Source: Mustelus asterias (Eukaryota). Taken from it: DNA of 64,000 bases. Position numbers and translations under genes: made by a program. This document shows, piece by piece, positions 35,555 to 47,997 of the stretch. The notes beneath the pieces were generated by a model. The model made no database searches, was not told the DNA's origin, and saw nothing but the letters and a program-made list of their open reading frames with translations. The DNA lies in NCBI RefSeq assembly GCF_964213995.1, contig NW_027590138.1, positions 744,001 to 808,000 on the forward strand. The letters run 5' to 3'. The number at the start of each line of letters is the position of its first letter. Position 1 is the stretch's first letter.

Positions 35555-35903
35555 TCATAGAAATCATAGAAACCATACAGTACAGAAAGAGGCCATTCGG
35601 CCCATCGAGTCTGCACTGACCACAATCCCACCCAGGCCCTACCCCCATATCCCTACATATTTTACCCGCTAATCCCTCTAATCTACCCATCCCAGGACAC
35701 TAAGGGGCAATTTTAGCATGGCCAATCAACCTAACCTGCACATCTTTGGACTGTGGGAGGAAACCGGAGCACCCAGAGGAAACCCACGCAGACACGAGGA
35801 GAATGTGCAAACTCCGCACAGACAGTGACCCAAGCCAGGAATCGAATCCAGGTCCCTGGGGCTGTGAAGCAGCAGTGCAAACCACTGTGCTAACGTGCCG
35901 CCC
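35555..35903 (-). mobile_element. HE1-type SINE inside a CR1 fragment
   Basis: Full SINE with (tttctatga) tail, absent from the paralogous position at ~52360. Confidence 0.85.
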
Positions 35904-36262
35904 ATTCTGGATCTGGATCTCATCTGGAACTCGCTGTCTACGAGGGTGGAGGAAGTGGAGACAATAAACAATTACAAAGGAAATTGGATGGGCACTGGGA
36001 GGTTTCAAACAGAAATGCTGACTAAATATCTCTGAACTTCCAAACACCCTGTCACTCTGTGATCCTTGTGAAATATGAAACCAGGTATTCGGAACAAGAC
36101 TCAAAGAACATCAGCCCACTGGAGACAAAGTCGTGAGACCAGCCAGTCCAGCAGAAAGAAACCCTCCGACCCTCCCCATTGACCAACTGTGAGAATGAAC
36201 AAAATGCAGTCCTGGATGTAATTGAGAGCGAAAACAATAACAGCAGAATCCAACCCCTGGAA

Positions 36263-36937
36263 TCACTCGTGAACTTGTTGGTGTCTCAGCAGCTGGGATG
36301 AAACTGTGAATCCCGTCCCACACTGAGAGCAGGTGAATGGCCTCTCCCCAGTGTGAACTCGCTGGTGTCTCAGCAGGACGGATGACCAAGTGAACCTCTT
36401 CCCACACTGAGAGCAGGTGAACGGTCTCTCTCCAGTGTGAACGCGCTTATGTGCCCGCAGGTTGGATGACCGAGTGAATCCCTTCCCACACTGAGAGCAG
36501 GTGAATGGCCTCATCCCAGTGTGAACTCGCTGGTGTGTGCGCAGATTGGATGAATGACTGAATCCCTTCTCACACTGAGAGCAGGTGAATGGCCTCTCAC
36601 CAGAGTGAAGTCGCTGGTGTGTCTGAAGGTTGGATAACCGACTGAACCCCTTCCCACACTGAGAGCAGGTGAATGGTCTCTCCCCTGTGTGAACTCGCTG
36701 GTGTGTCTGCAGGGTGCATGACTGAGTGAATCCCTTCCCACACTGAGAGCAGGTGAAGGGCCTCTCCCCTGTGTGAACTCGCTGGTGTATCTGCAGCTGG
36801 AATAACCGAGTGAATCCCTTCCCACACTGAGAGCAGGTGAATGGTCTCTCCCCAGTGTGACTGCGCCGATGAGCTTCCAGCTCTGATGGGGATCTGTATC
36901 TCTTCCCACAGTCCCCACATTTCCATGGTTTCTCCAT
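36263..36937 (-). CDS. C2H2 zinc-finger protein ZNF-A (8 fingers, no KRAB seen)
   Basis: ATG MEKPWKC at 36937, then 8 CxxC...HxxxH fingers with TGERPF linkers. The upstream exon part (to ~37290) is degenerate. Confidence 0.9.
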   Translation of the reverse strand: MEKPWKCGDCGKRYRSPSELEAHRRSHTGERPFTCSQCGKGFTRLFQLQIHQRVHTGERPFTCSQCGKGFTQSCTLQTHQRVHTGERPFTCSQCGKGFSRLSNLQTHQRLHSGERPFTCSQCEKGFSHSSNLRTHQRVHTGMRPFTCSQCGKGFTRSSNLRAHKRVHTGERPFTCSQCGKRFTWSSVLLRHQRVHTGERPFTCSQCGTGFTVSSQLLRHQQVHE

Positions 36938-39619
36938 GGTGCAGGTGTCCTTGCCTCTTTCTTGAGTGGACAATCAGTTGAAGCCTTGCCCACACACAGA
37001 ACACGGGTACCGTCTCTCCCCGCTGTGAATGTTGTGATATTTATTCAGGCTGTGTAACTGGTTAAAGCTCTTCAGTCAGTGCACTGAAACACCCTCACTC
37101 GAGTGTGGCCGTGTGTTGGTGCTTTTCCAGTCACACTGACACTTGAAATCTTTTCAAATTGACAAACTGGACAACAATTTCTCCTTCTAGATTCAAAGGC
37201 CGATGATATTCAGCTCCCATGGAATATGACTCTGTCAGATCGAGATGTGACGTTTGAGATTTCGGCCTGTGATTCCTCTTTCAGTATCCTGTAAAACAAG
37301 TTTACAAAAGTCATCAGTGTCAGTACAGGATAGAAATTCAGAACAGACAATTCTAGTTTCTATGGAACATTCTTTCCTCTCTCCAGACTCGAAACATTGG
37401 CTCTATTCTCTCTCTATCTTGGGGATAGCGTGGGAAATGATGCTGCAGTCGATCAGCCAATTCTCAATGAATGGTTGAGGCAGTTCGATGGGCTGAATGG
37501 CCAACTGCAGCTCCTGTTTCTTATGATTTGTGTGTGGTGGACAGGAAGCAGTGAGCATGGATCTGTCAATCAGCCTCAATCAGCACCTTCAGGAGAATTG
37601 GGAGGGCGAATATTAGATACAGCAGAGTGAGAATGGAGGGAGAGTGTGTGGAATGAAGATTCACAGCTTTTGGGGAACGAGAGAGGAAAGAATGTTCATT
37701 CGAATCATAGAATTCTTACATCTTATCAACCGTCCCTGAGCCTTCACAATGAATCTCTCTTCTCAGGACACTCTTATCTCTGACTTGTCTGTGCTGCTCG
37801 CAGTCTCACAAAGCAGCTGCCTGTGTGTTGGTACAAGGGGCCCTGCTCGGCAAGTTTAATGCTCCATGACTGTGTCTTTAATGACTGAATAACTATAGGA
37901 ATATGGTCAAGTCAGCTAAATCCAGGATGCTTTATATTTCGGTTAGTAACTGTCCATTTTGTTAACACAGCACATTTGGATACATAAATACATATAAAAG
38001 CAAAATATTGCGGATGCTGGAATCTGAAACAAAAACAGAAAGTGCTGGAAAATGTCAGCAGGTCTGACAGCATCTGTGGAGAGAGAATGGAGCCAACATT
38101 TAAAGTCTGGATGACCCTTCATCAGAGTTCTGACAAAGGGTCATCCAGACTCGAAATGTTAGTCTATTCTCTCTCTATAAATATATATACGACAGCTGCC
38201 TCAGCCTTGGCCCACTCTAATACATGCACGAAGCAGGGCTGACTATGTGGAAATGCTCAGATTAAAGTTTCCTGCCTTCTCTTTAACAGCGAGTGAAAAT
38301 GTTTATCGGCTTGCAGACCTTCAAAGGAGTCAGTGTCTGCTATTTCAGCATGAACAGGCTAATCTTCACCTACGTAGGCCCCAGAACATTCTGCTTTTCG
38401 GCCTTCACCAGAGGGTGAGCAAGACCAGATTTCTCCATAACAAATACCAAAGGTGAGATATGGGGATATGCTATGCAAATAAAAGATTTGCAGAAATTAA
38501 TTTTGAATGCGAAAGGGTGAAAAGCGAGGATTTAATTGGCGAATATGTCCGTCAATGAAGGATTAGAAACATTCCTGGTTTCTGATTTGCTGTAATTGAC
38601 TATTATTGCCAAGTTATTTTTCTGTAACATCAGAACCACTTGCGGGACAGCTGCACAGGGTTTCCCCTTGTGCACAAGTCATTAAAGGCCCCACATTGGA
38701 TTGTGCGTGGTGTCCAGTGCTGTTTGTACTCAAGTCGACTAAGAATGCCTAAAGGTACTGGTACCCAGGATCTCTGACAACTCTCCCTAACCGGACCTTG
38801 ACTATCCAAAGGTTGGCCAGAATCCTCTCCAGTAACTTACCTGCCACTGGTGTCAGGCTCACCGGCCTGTAATTACCAGGCTTCTCTTTGCAGCCCTTCT
38901 TAAACAATGGAACAACATTAGCCACACTCTAGTCTTCCAGAACTTCACCAGTGGAAAGGGATGAAGCAAATATCTCTGCAAGGCCCTCTGCAATTTCATC
39001 CCCAAGTTCCCCAAACTCCCACAAGATCCAAGGATGCACTTGATTTGATTTATTATTGTCATATGTACTAGTATACAGTGAAAAGAATTGTTTCTTGCAC
39101 ACTATCAAGACAAAGCATACAGTTCATAGAGAAGGAAAGGAGAGAACATAAGAACATAAGAAATAGGAGCAGGAGTAGGCCATCTAGCCCCTCGAGCCTG
39201 CCCCGCCATTCAATAAGATCATGGCTGATCTGACGTGGATCAGTACCACTTACCCGCCTGATCCCCATAACCCTTAATTCCCTTACCGATCAGGAATCCA
39301 TCCATCCGCGCTTTAAACATAAAGGGTGCAGGATGTAGTGTTACAGTCATAGCTCAGGTGGACAGAAAGATCAACTTAGTGCGAGGTAGGTCCATTCAAA
39401 AGTCTGACGGCAACAGGGAAGAAGCTGTTCTTGAGTTGGTTGGTATGTGAGCTCAGACTTTTGTTTCATTTCCCCAATGGCAAAAGGTGGAAGTGTGAAT
39501 GTCCGGGGTGTGCGGGTTGATTATGCTGGCTGCTTTTCCGAAGCAGCCGGATGTGTAAAGAGTCAATGGATGGGAGGCAGGTTTGCGCAATGGACTGGGC
39601 TTCATTCACAATCCTTTGA

Positions 39620-40085
39620 GAAATCCGTTGTTGAGAAAAGCATGGATGTTAGAGAACTTGGGGAAATGAATAGTGATGTCTTGAGGAGTGCACATGTAAC
39701 CAGAGAAGGAGGTGCTGGAAATCGTCAAGTGCATCAAGGGAGATAAATCCCTGGGACCTGATGAAGTGTATCCCAGGACATTGTGGGAGGCTAGGGTGGA
39801 AATTGTGGGTCCCCTAGCAGAGATATTTGAATCATCGATAGTCACAGGTGAGGTGCCTGAAGATTGGAGGGTGGCAAATGTTGTGCCTTTGTTTAAGAAG
39901 GGCTGCAGGAAAAAGCCTGGGAACTACAGGCCGGTGGGTGAGCCTCACATCTGCAGTGGCTAAGTTGCTCGAAGGTATTTTGAGAGACAGGATCTACAGG
40001 CATTTAGAGACGCAAGGATTGATTAGGGACAGCATGGCTTTGTGAGTGGAAAATCATGTCTCACAAATTTGATTGAGTTTTTTAG
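39620..40085 (+). mobile_element. CR1 ORF2 fragment
   Basis: GPDEVYPRTLWEA...VPEDWRVANVVPLFKKG. Confidence 0.8.
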
Positions 40086-41019
40086 AACATAGAGTTTCAG
40101 GTCATTACCATTCGCTGCATCAGAATATTAGTATTGTTTCTGAAAATTTCATGCATTCCCTCCTGACTTGACCGGACAGCCTCATCTATTCATTACCAAC
40201 TTGAGTTTCGCTAAATCCCTGTCTCAGCTGATGTTTCTAGAACTTTCATTCATTCCTTTATTTTCTTTAGACTTGACTGTCAGCGTCCCTCATTTAACCC
40301 ATGAAAAACTTTGGTGCATATAAACCCCTGTCCTCTGCATCAAGTCCCACACACTCACCCATCACCATGGGGCTGCAGTGGTTAGCACTGCTGCCTCACA
40401 GTGGGTTCAATTCATGGCTTGGGTGACTGTGTGTGTGGAGTCTGCACGTTCTCCCCATGTCTGCATGGGTTTCCTCCCACAGTCAGAAAGGCTTGCTGGT
40501 TAGGTGCGTTGACCCGAACAAGTGCTGGAGTGTGACAACTAGGGGAATTTTACAGCAACTTGCAGTGTTAATGTAGGCTAAGCCTACTTGTGATACTAAT
40601 AAATAAACTTTAAAACACTGACCCACACAGGCTCCCGGTTAAACAACTCAATTTAAAACATTGCATCTTTTTTTGCAAATCCTTCCATGACATTATTGTT
40701 TCCTATTTCCAGCCACACAGATGTTTGAATCTTTTTCTACAGACACACTTACAATCAGGTTCTGATGAATGGAGTGACTCTGGCAGGTTTTGGTCTGATG
40801 TCTGGTTTAAGTTTCCCTTCAAATTTTGTCGTCAAATTTCCTGTTAAAAAAAGATCATCATTGTCAGTCAAGAATAGAAATTAAGTGAGAAACATTTCTC
40901 TTGGGTTGAGTTTTCTGTGTGTAAATCCTCCCCTTCTAACTCCCTGTAAAAGGAGTTTCCAAAGTCCATCACTGTCAGTCCAGGATAGAAATTCACAACA
41001 TTCTCTCCTCCTGCTGACA

Positions 41020-41310
41020 GGGAGCACCGCGCATGCGCACTATTGCCCATCGCCCCGACAAAGATGGCCTCCGTCAACTCGGGGCCTCCAAATCAGGCAT
41101 CTGCGGTCGCGGCCCCGAATGGTACGAACGCGACACCGAGCAGTTATTATTCGGGTTTTCCTGTCTCCACTGGGTGCTTATGAAGCCTCTCCACCCACCC
41201 CGCCGCCTCCATTACCCTCCAGAATAATCCGTTTCCCTGGAAACCCGGAGCTGATATAACCACCCTGCTGCTACTGCGGCAGCAACATCCACTGCGCATG
41301 CGCAAAGTCT
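41020..41310. promoter_or_regulatory. CpG-rich promoter-like segment with NRF1 palindromes and a YY1-like site
   Basis: GCGCATGCGC near 41029 and 41294, and AAGATGGC near 41061. Adjacent to a ZNF exon-start remnant (~40870-41000, minus strand). Confidence 0.55.
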
Positions 41311-41445
41311 ATTGAGCGGCTGGATCATATTCTGATTCACTGTGAATGCTGGGTAAGATAGCCACCATTGATGTATGTTATTGCATTAAAAAAAATCATG
41401 TTTTGTGATTCAATTACGAGTGAAGCCAAAGCACCAAGGTATAAA

Positions 41446-41776
41446 ATGGTGCAGTAGTTAGCACTGCTGCTTCACAGCTCCAGGGTCCCGGGTTCGATTC
41501 CCGGCTCGGGTCACTGTCTGTGTGGAGTTTGCACATTCTCCTCGTGTCTGCGTGAGTTTCCTCCGGGCGCTCCGGTTTCCTCCCACAGTCCAAAGATGTG
41601 CAGGTTAGCTTGATTGGCCAGGTTAAAAATTGCCCCTTAGAATCCTGGGATGCGTAGGTTGGAGGGATTAGTGGGTAAATATGTGGGGGTAGGGCCTGGG
41701 TGGGATTGTGGTCAGTGCAGACTCGATGGGCCGAATGGCCTCCTTCTGCACTGTGGGGTTTCTATGATTTCTATGA
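41446..41776 (+). mobile_element. HE1-type SINE
   Basis: A and B boxes, core and tail. Further copies lie near 40365-40610, 42290-42600, 44330-44630 and 61640-61790. Confidence 0.85.
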
Positions 41777-41829
41777 TGAAAATGAAAATAACTAATATAG
41801 CAGCCAGCTCCGTCCTGAATTTAATTAAT

Positions 41830-41961
41830 GTAAGAAGTCTCACAACACCAGGTTAAAGTCCAACAGGTTTATTTGGTAGCAAATAAACCTGTTGGACTTT
41901 AACCTGGTGTTGTGAGACTTCTTACGGTGCTTATCCCAGTCCAACGCCGGCATCTCCACAT
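41830..41961. mobile_element. Penelope-like terminal repeat folded as a perfect palindrome
   Basis: 46-bp arms (41830-41875 and 41880-41925) with a 4-nt loop. Same sequence family as 43140-43187, 45054-45140 and 55777-55857. Confidence 0.75.
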
Positions 41962-42909
41962 CTGAGTTTAATTGATAGCAGAACAAACATCTACACCTGA
42001 AGATGAACTCCTTGGAGTGTCAGCTGGTGTAACAAGCTGATGATTTACCATCCACCCCCTCTCCACACACACACACATACATGGACTTGACAATCAGAAT
42101 GAACTCATGATTGATCAAATCCTTTGAACTTTTAAATATGTTAACAGAACGGGAAATTGAATAAATCCATTTGCACACATAACATATCTGAATGGTCTCT
42201 TTCTGGTGTGGCTGTGCTGCTGTCAATAGGATAACTGACCACTTACATTCCAGAACTGACATTCTGCCCTGTTTCCAAGACCAACATTGAGGGGCAGCAC
42301 AGTGGTTAGCACTGCTGTCTCACAGTGCCTGGGACCCGGGTTCTATTCCCAGCTTGGGTCACGATCTGTGTGGAGTTTGCATGTTCTCCCTGTGTCTTCG
42401 TGGGTGTCCTCTGGGTGCTCTGGTTTCCTCCCACAGTCCAAAGATATGCGGGTTAAGTGGATTGGCCATGCTAAAAATTGTCAAGGGGACTAGCTAGGAT
42501 TAATGCATGGGGATATGGGGATAGGGCGTGGGTGGGATTGTGGTCGGTCCAGACTCGATGGGCTGAATGGCCTTCTTCTGCACTGTAGGATTTTATGTTC
42601 CTTGAAAAGGTACAAAATCGACTGCATGACTGCAAATAGTTTTATTTCCAAAACTGTATGAGAATTCCCACCTGACTCTTCATGTTATTGAGTCAAAGAA
42701 ACTTTGTTAATTTAAAAAATGACCATGAATACTGCAGAGGCTTCTGCAACTCTTCCGATGTTGTTTTTTGTTAACTCAGATTTTTCATAAAGAGAATTGA
42801 GCAATCATTTGAAAGGAGAAATAATGCATGTTTTTATGAAGGGGAATGATATTAGGACTAATTGTACAACTGTTTGAAAATAAGCTAGCACAGACATGAT
42901 GTGTCTGTG

Positions 42910-43187
42910 GGTAGAGATGTGTATTGTCTCCAGACAGGACAGCCACATCTCTTTAACCTGTGCTTAATGCTCCTTCCACCCACATTGTCTGTATCTTTAA
43001 GACCTGGTTGGCTGTAGGGATTCGCATTCTAATCAGTATTCTGTAACTTGATTTTGTGTCTCTGTGCCCTGTTTGAGAGCACATTTCCACTCCATCTGAT
43101 GAAGGAGCAGCGCTCCGAAAGCTAATGGTATTTGCTACCAAATAAACCTGTTGGACTTTAACCTGGTGTTGTTAAAACTCTTACTGG
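42910..43187 (+). mobile_element. Penelope-like element 3' portion with hammerhead motif
   Basis: CCAT-CTGATGA-A-GGAGC/GCTCC-GAAA-GCTA-ATGG followed by AATAAACCTGTTGGACTTTAACC. Confidence 0.7.
43092..43128 (+). ncRNA. Minimal type-I hammerhead ribozyme motif
   Basis: Stem I CCAU/AUGG, core CUGAUGA, stem II GGAGC/GCUCC, GAAA, palindromic AGCU mini stem III, predicted CUA cleavage triplet. Confidence 0.6.
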
Positions 43188-43559
43188 GTTCAGTTCTCCA
43201 GCTCCTGTCTGCAGACTGACAATAAAACCAATGGACCTGATTGGTGGTGTTGGAGCCTCCAGCGGGTGTTTGTGAATCCTCCCCGCCCACCTCCCAGGGT
43301 TTCCTTCCTTCCCAGAGATCAGAATCCTCATTGATTTGAGGCCAAAGTGTAACCTCTTATTTATTGTCCCCCTCCCCCATCCTCTGATGTGAACCATCCT
43401 CCAGTGGCAGAGCCAGGATGGGGCCGTTAACCTGGGCCTGTTCCCGGGAGGGAGGGAGGGAGAAGCCCCGCAGCTGCAAACCAGGGAGCTGACAATGATT
43501 CTGAAGGGTTTGCGGATCCACAAAGTGTTTCCAAATCCTCCCAGCCACCGCCTAACGCT

Positions 43560-43830
43560 GACTCCGCTTCTCCGGGACAAACAAGCGCCAAGGACAGCAA
43601 TGACACTGCGCATGCTCCACATCACAATGCCCGGGAGCTGATTGACGCTAGCTCCGGACCAATAGGAAGAGGGGGCGGGGCTGGAGGACCGAGCGGGAGC
43701 GGCTGGTCCTCCAACCAATCGGAGTGAATGAGGGGCGGGACCTGAAGCATGCGCAGTGCGAGTAATGGCGGCGGACGGACGGTTTCAACTTGGAAGCGAG
43801 ATCAATACGAGGTAGAGTGCGGGGAATGAT
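43560..43830 (+). promoter_or_regulatory. CpG-rich promoter (CCAAT x2, GC boxes x2, NRF1-like, YY1-like) with a candidate first-exon donor at ~43811
   Basis: CCAAT...GGGGCGGG twice, GCATGCGCA, AATGGCGGCG and GAG/gtaga. Confidence 0.65.
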
Positions 43831-44143
43831 AAATGTGGCGGATGGGTGGAGAGACTTTGTAAACATGGATAGTCACATGAGCAGCCTGGGAATGGAGGGA
43901 TACAAACGATTGGTCGAGTTGGACCAAGGAGCGGCACAGGCTTGGAGGGCCGAAGGGCCTGTTTCCTGTGCTGTACTGTTCTTTGTTCTTTGTTGTTCAA
44001 ACCCAAACCTCGGAAATGAACTTCCCGGTCCCCCCCTTTGTACCAAATGGAGCTGCAGCTTGGAGTGTTAGACCCGGGCTGACTGCCGCCATTGAGGCTG
44101 CATGTGGGAGGCCGGCAGGGATTGTGATCGGAGAGTGAAGCCC

Positions 44144-44280
44144 TGACGTCACAATGGAATGGGTGAGAGTGTGACGTCACAATGGAATGGGTGAGTGTGA
44201 CGTCACAATGGAATGGGTGAGGGTGTGACGTCACAATGGAATGGGTGAGAGTGTGACGTCACAATGGAATGGGTGAGGGT
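44144..44280 (+). repeat. Minisatellite, 5 x 26-28 bp, each unit containing TGACGTCA
   Basis: Unit TGACGTCACAATGGAATGGGTGAG(AG/GG)TG. Confidence 0.95.
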
Positions 44281-45053
44281 TCCAGATGAGCTGAGACTGG
44301 GCTGGAGTCGGGCGATGGCACTGACATGTGGCCCGGTGGCACAGTGGTTAGTGCAGCTGCCTAACAGCGCCAGGGACCCGGGTTCAATTCCAGCCTCGGG
44401 TCGCTGTCTGTGCAGAGTTTCTACATTCCCCCCCGTGTCTGTGTGGGTTTTCTCCGGGTGTTCCGGTTTCCTTCCACAGTCTAAAGATGTGCCGGTTAGA
44501 CGGATTGGCCACGATAAATTGCCACTTGGTATCAGGGGGATTAACAGGTAAATATGTGGATAGGGCCTGGATCGGATTGTTGTCGGTGCAGGCTCGCTGG
44601 AGGCTCCCGCTGGAGGCTCCTTCTCCACTGTATTTTATTATTCATTATTATTACTTAATTACTATCAATGCTTCTATGAATGAAGGTGGTCTTGATGATG
44701 ATGTGGACATGTGGCTGGAAGCTCATCTTGGGATGAACTATTTCACCCTGGTTGTGAACAGCCTCAGGCAGTTGCCAGGAGGAGAGATAAAGATGTTGGT
44801 GAGGGAGTGGAGTTTGTAGTGGGGACTGAACACAATGGGTTCAGTCTTCCCAGTATTTATATGAAATAAATTTCTGTTCTTTCAGTACTGGATGTCAGAC
44901 AAGTCAGGATGGTGTATGGGTTGGAGAGGAACTTGGAGCTGATGCTGTTCACGGGATTTGGAAATTCTGTCAAAGTTCCTGTTGAGTTGTAGATGTATAA
45001 AATCTCTCTCCTCACATCCGGCCTCTCCTACTTCTCTCTGTTTCCACTCAGAG

Positions 45054-45442
45054 TGTGGAGATGCCGGCGTTGAACTGGGGTAAGCACAGTAAGTAGTCTC
45101 ACAACACCAGGTTAAAATCCAACAGGTTTATTTGGTAGCATAAGCCACAAGCCTTTCGGAGCGCTGCTCCTTCATCAGGTGAGTGGGAGTTCTGTTCACA
45201 AACATGGCATAAAAAGACACAAACTCAATTTACAAGATAATGGTTGGAATGCGAGTCTTTACAGGTCATCAAGTCTTAAAGGTACAGGCAATGTGAGTGG
45301 AGAGAGGGTTAAGCACAGGTTAAAGAGATGTGTATTGTCTCCAGCCAGGACAGTTAGAGATTTTGCAAGCCCAGGCAAGTTGTGGGGGTTACAGATAGTG
45401 TGACATGAACCCAAGATCCCCGTTGAGGCTGTCCTCATGTGT
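45054..45442 (-). mobile_element. Penelope-like fragment with a hammerhead-like motif (~45146-45183)
   Basis: Minus strand CAC-CTGATGA-A-GGAGC/GCTCC-GAAA-GGCTT-GTG. Confidence 0.65.
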
Positions 45443-45567
45443 GATTGACAGATCCATGCTCACTGCTTCTTGCCCTGGACGCAGAGAGCTGAAAATTTCC
45501 ATGCAGGCGGCCAGACAGATAAATGTCTACATTAGTGGAGTAAAAATGTGTGGAATATACAGACCAA

Positions 45568-46088
45568 ATTCACTTCATTCCCTTCAGTTGCTGCAAGTCC
45601 CCAATTCCCCCCAGAATGAGAAAAGAAATGGAAAGGGGGAAACATTGATTTACTCACAGATGTTGCCCAGAGGAGGAAGTTTCACTCTGAAGTTCATTGG
45701 ACAACTTCCGCATTGTGACGTTACAATGGAACCCTGCCTGAATCAGCCAATAGGAATCACTCTGCTCCGTGTTGATGTCTCCACCTTCCAGGCCCGGGCG
45801 CGCGGACCCGGGAGCCCCGCCCCGTGTGCAGGGGAGAACCCACCCTCTGATCATCTTGCTGAGGTGTTGACCAATGGGAAGAGTTGGAGGACTGGAAGGA
45901 CTCTGGTCTTCCAGCCAATCAGAGCGCGGGCTTTGTGTGAATGAAGATTGATCTTCAGACAGACTCAAACTTCCTCCTGTCGCTAATATCTGTGAGTAAA
46001 TCACTTTCTCTTCAACCCCCTTTCCATTTCTTTTCTCATTCTGGGGGAAATTGGGGACTTGCAGCAACTGAAGGGAAAGGAAGTGAAT
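45568..46088. promoter_or_regulatory. Mirror-image bidirectional promoter with two divergent non-coding first exons
   Basis: Inverted arms ~45568-45692 and ~45953-46088, each with ATCT/GTGAGTAAATCA donors (45657 minus, 45992 plus). CCAAT boxes and a CRE-like palindrome lie between. Confidence 0.7.
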
Positions 46089-46619
46089 CCAGGGAATGTG
46101 CCGACTCTGCAAAGGTTGCCCCAGGTCTCTCTCTCTCTTCAACCAGAAAATGATCCATTTCTGCCCACTGTTTGCTGTTAGCCAATCTTCTATCCACGCC
46201 AATATGTTATCCCCGCAGCATGAATTTTTATTTGCTGCAATAACATTTCATGTGGCACCTCATCAAATGTCTTCTGGAAATCTAAGTACAGCGCATCCAC
46301 CGGTTTCCCTTTATCCAATTCCCGATGGGGAATTTTAGAAAATTGAACAACACATCAACGATCTCACTCTGTTAAGACCCGAGAATGAAGCCCAGCAGGA
46401 CCCGAGGACTCATCAGCCCACAGCTCCAACAGTTTGCTGAGGACCACTTCCCTGGGAATTGTGCTTTTTCAGAGTTCATCCCACACTTCTGTTTTCTGAT
46501 TTCCAGCTGTTTCTGAGTTTTAACTGTATCCTCTATTGTGAACACCGAGGCAAAATACTTGTTCAATTCATCTCCCAGCTCCTTATTTTTCATCATCAAT
46601 TCCTGGACTCACTTTCTGT

Positions 46620-47345
46620 TAGACAGTTAAGAAATGAGGTGGAGCAAGTGACTGAAGTGTCAGTCAGGGAGCACTATTGGGAGCACCAATAGTTTCAAAA
46701 TAGTTCAGGAAAAAGATAGGACAGGTCCACAGGTCAAGGCCCTAAACTGGAGCAGGGCCACTTTTGTGGGCATTAGGCAGGATCGAGCAGATGTTGATGA
46801 GGTGAGTTTGTTTGAAGGGAAAGGAATGACTGGCAAATGGAAGGTTTTAAAAGTGTGATATCAAGAGTCCAGGGGCAGTATATTCCTGTTAAGATGAAGG
46901 GAAAGAATGGTAAATTTAGGGATCTCTGGCAGACAAGGGACATTGAGGCTCTGGTCAGGTAAAAGAAGGAAGCATACATTGGGTTTAGGCAATCGGGGAC
47001 AAGTGAATCACTCTGACTATAAAAAGTGTAAGAAAATACTGAAGAGGGAAATCAGGAGGACAAAAAGTGGGTCTGATATGGATCTGGCAGGTAAGATTAA
47101 AGAAAATTCCAAGAGGTTCGAGAGCAATATTAAGAGTAAAAGGGTGGCTAGAGAGAGAATAGATCCCCTTAAAAATCAGGATGGCCATCTGTGTGTGGAG
47201 CCACAGGAGATGGGTGAGATTTTTAATGAATACTTCTCCTCTGTGTTTACTGTGGAGAGCACCATGGGTGCTAAAGAAATAAGGGAAACAAGTGGTGATG
47301 TCTTGGGCACACGCATGTTACTTGGGAGGAGGTATCTGCAGCCTT
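46620..47345 (+). mobile_element. Degenerate CR1 ORF2 fragment
   Basis: IKENSKRF...EMGEIFNEYFSSVFT. A minus-strand CR1 piece precedes it at ~46130-46590. Confidence 0.75.
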
Positions 47346-47997
47346 ATAAAAGCAAATTACTGCGGATGCTGGAATCTGAAACCAAGAGAGAAAATGCTGG
47401 AAAATCTCAGCAGGTCTGGCAGCATCTGTAAGGAGAGAAAAGAGCTGATGTTTCTTGTCTCGATGACCCTTTGTCAAAGCTCTGAAACATCAGTTCTTTT
47501 CTCTCCATACAGATGCTGCAAGACCTGCTGAGAATGGGGAGAGAGCTTTTGGGGAATGAGAGAGGAAAGAATGTTCCATAGAAATTGTCTGTTCTGAATT
47601 TCTATCCTGTACTGACACTGATGACTTTTGTAAACTCATTTTCCAGGATATTGAAAGAGGAATCACAGGCCGAAATCTCAAACATCACGTCTAGAACTGA
47701 CAGAGTCGTATTCCTTGGGACCTCAATATCACCGGACTTTGAATCCAGAAGGAGAAATGATTGTCCAGTCTGTCGATTTGAAGAGATTTGAAATGTCAGT
47801 GTGAGTGAAAAAGCATCAACACACTGCCACACTCGAGAGAGAGTGTTCCAGTGCACTGACTAAAGAGCTTTAACCAGTTACACAGTCTGAATAAATATCA
47901 CACCATTCACAGCGGGTAGAGACTGTAATCTTGTTCTGTGTGTGGACGAAGTTTCAACTAGTTGTCCACCCAAGAGAGAGGCAAGGACACCTGCACC

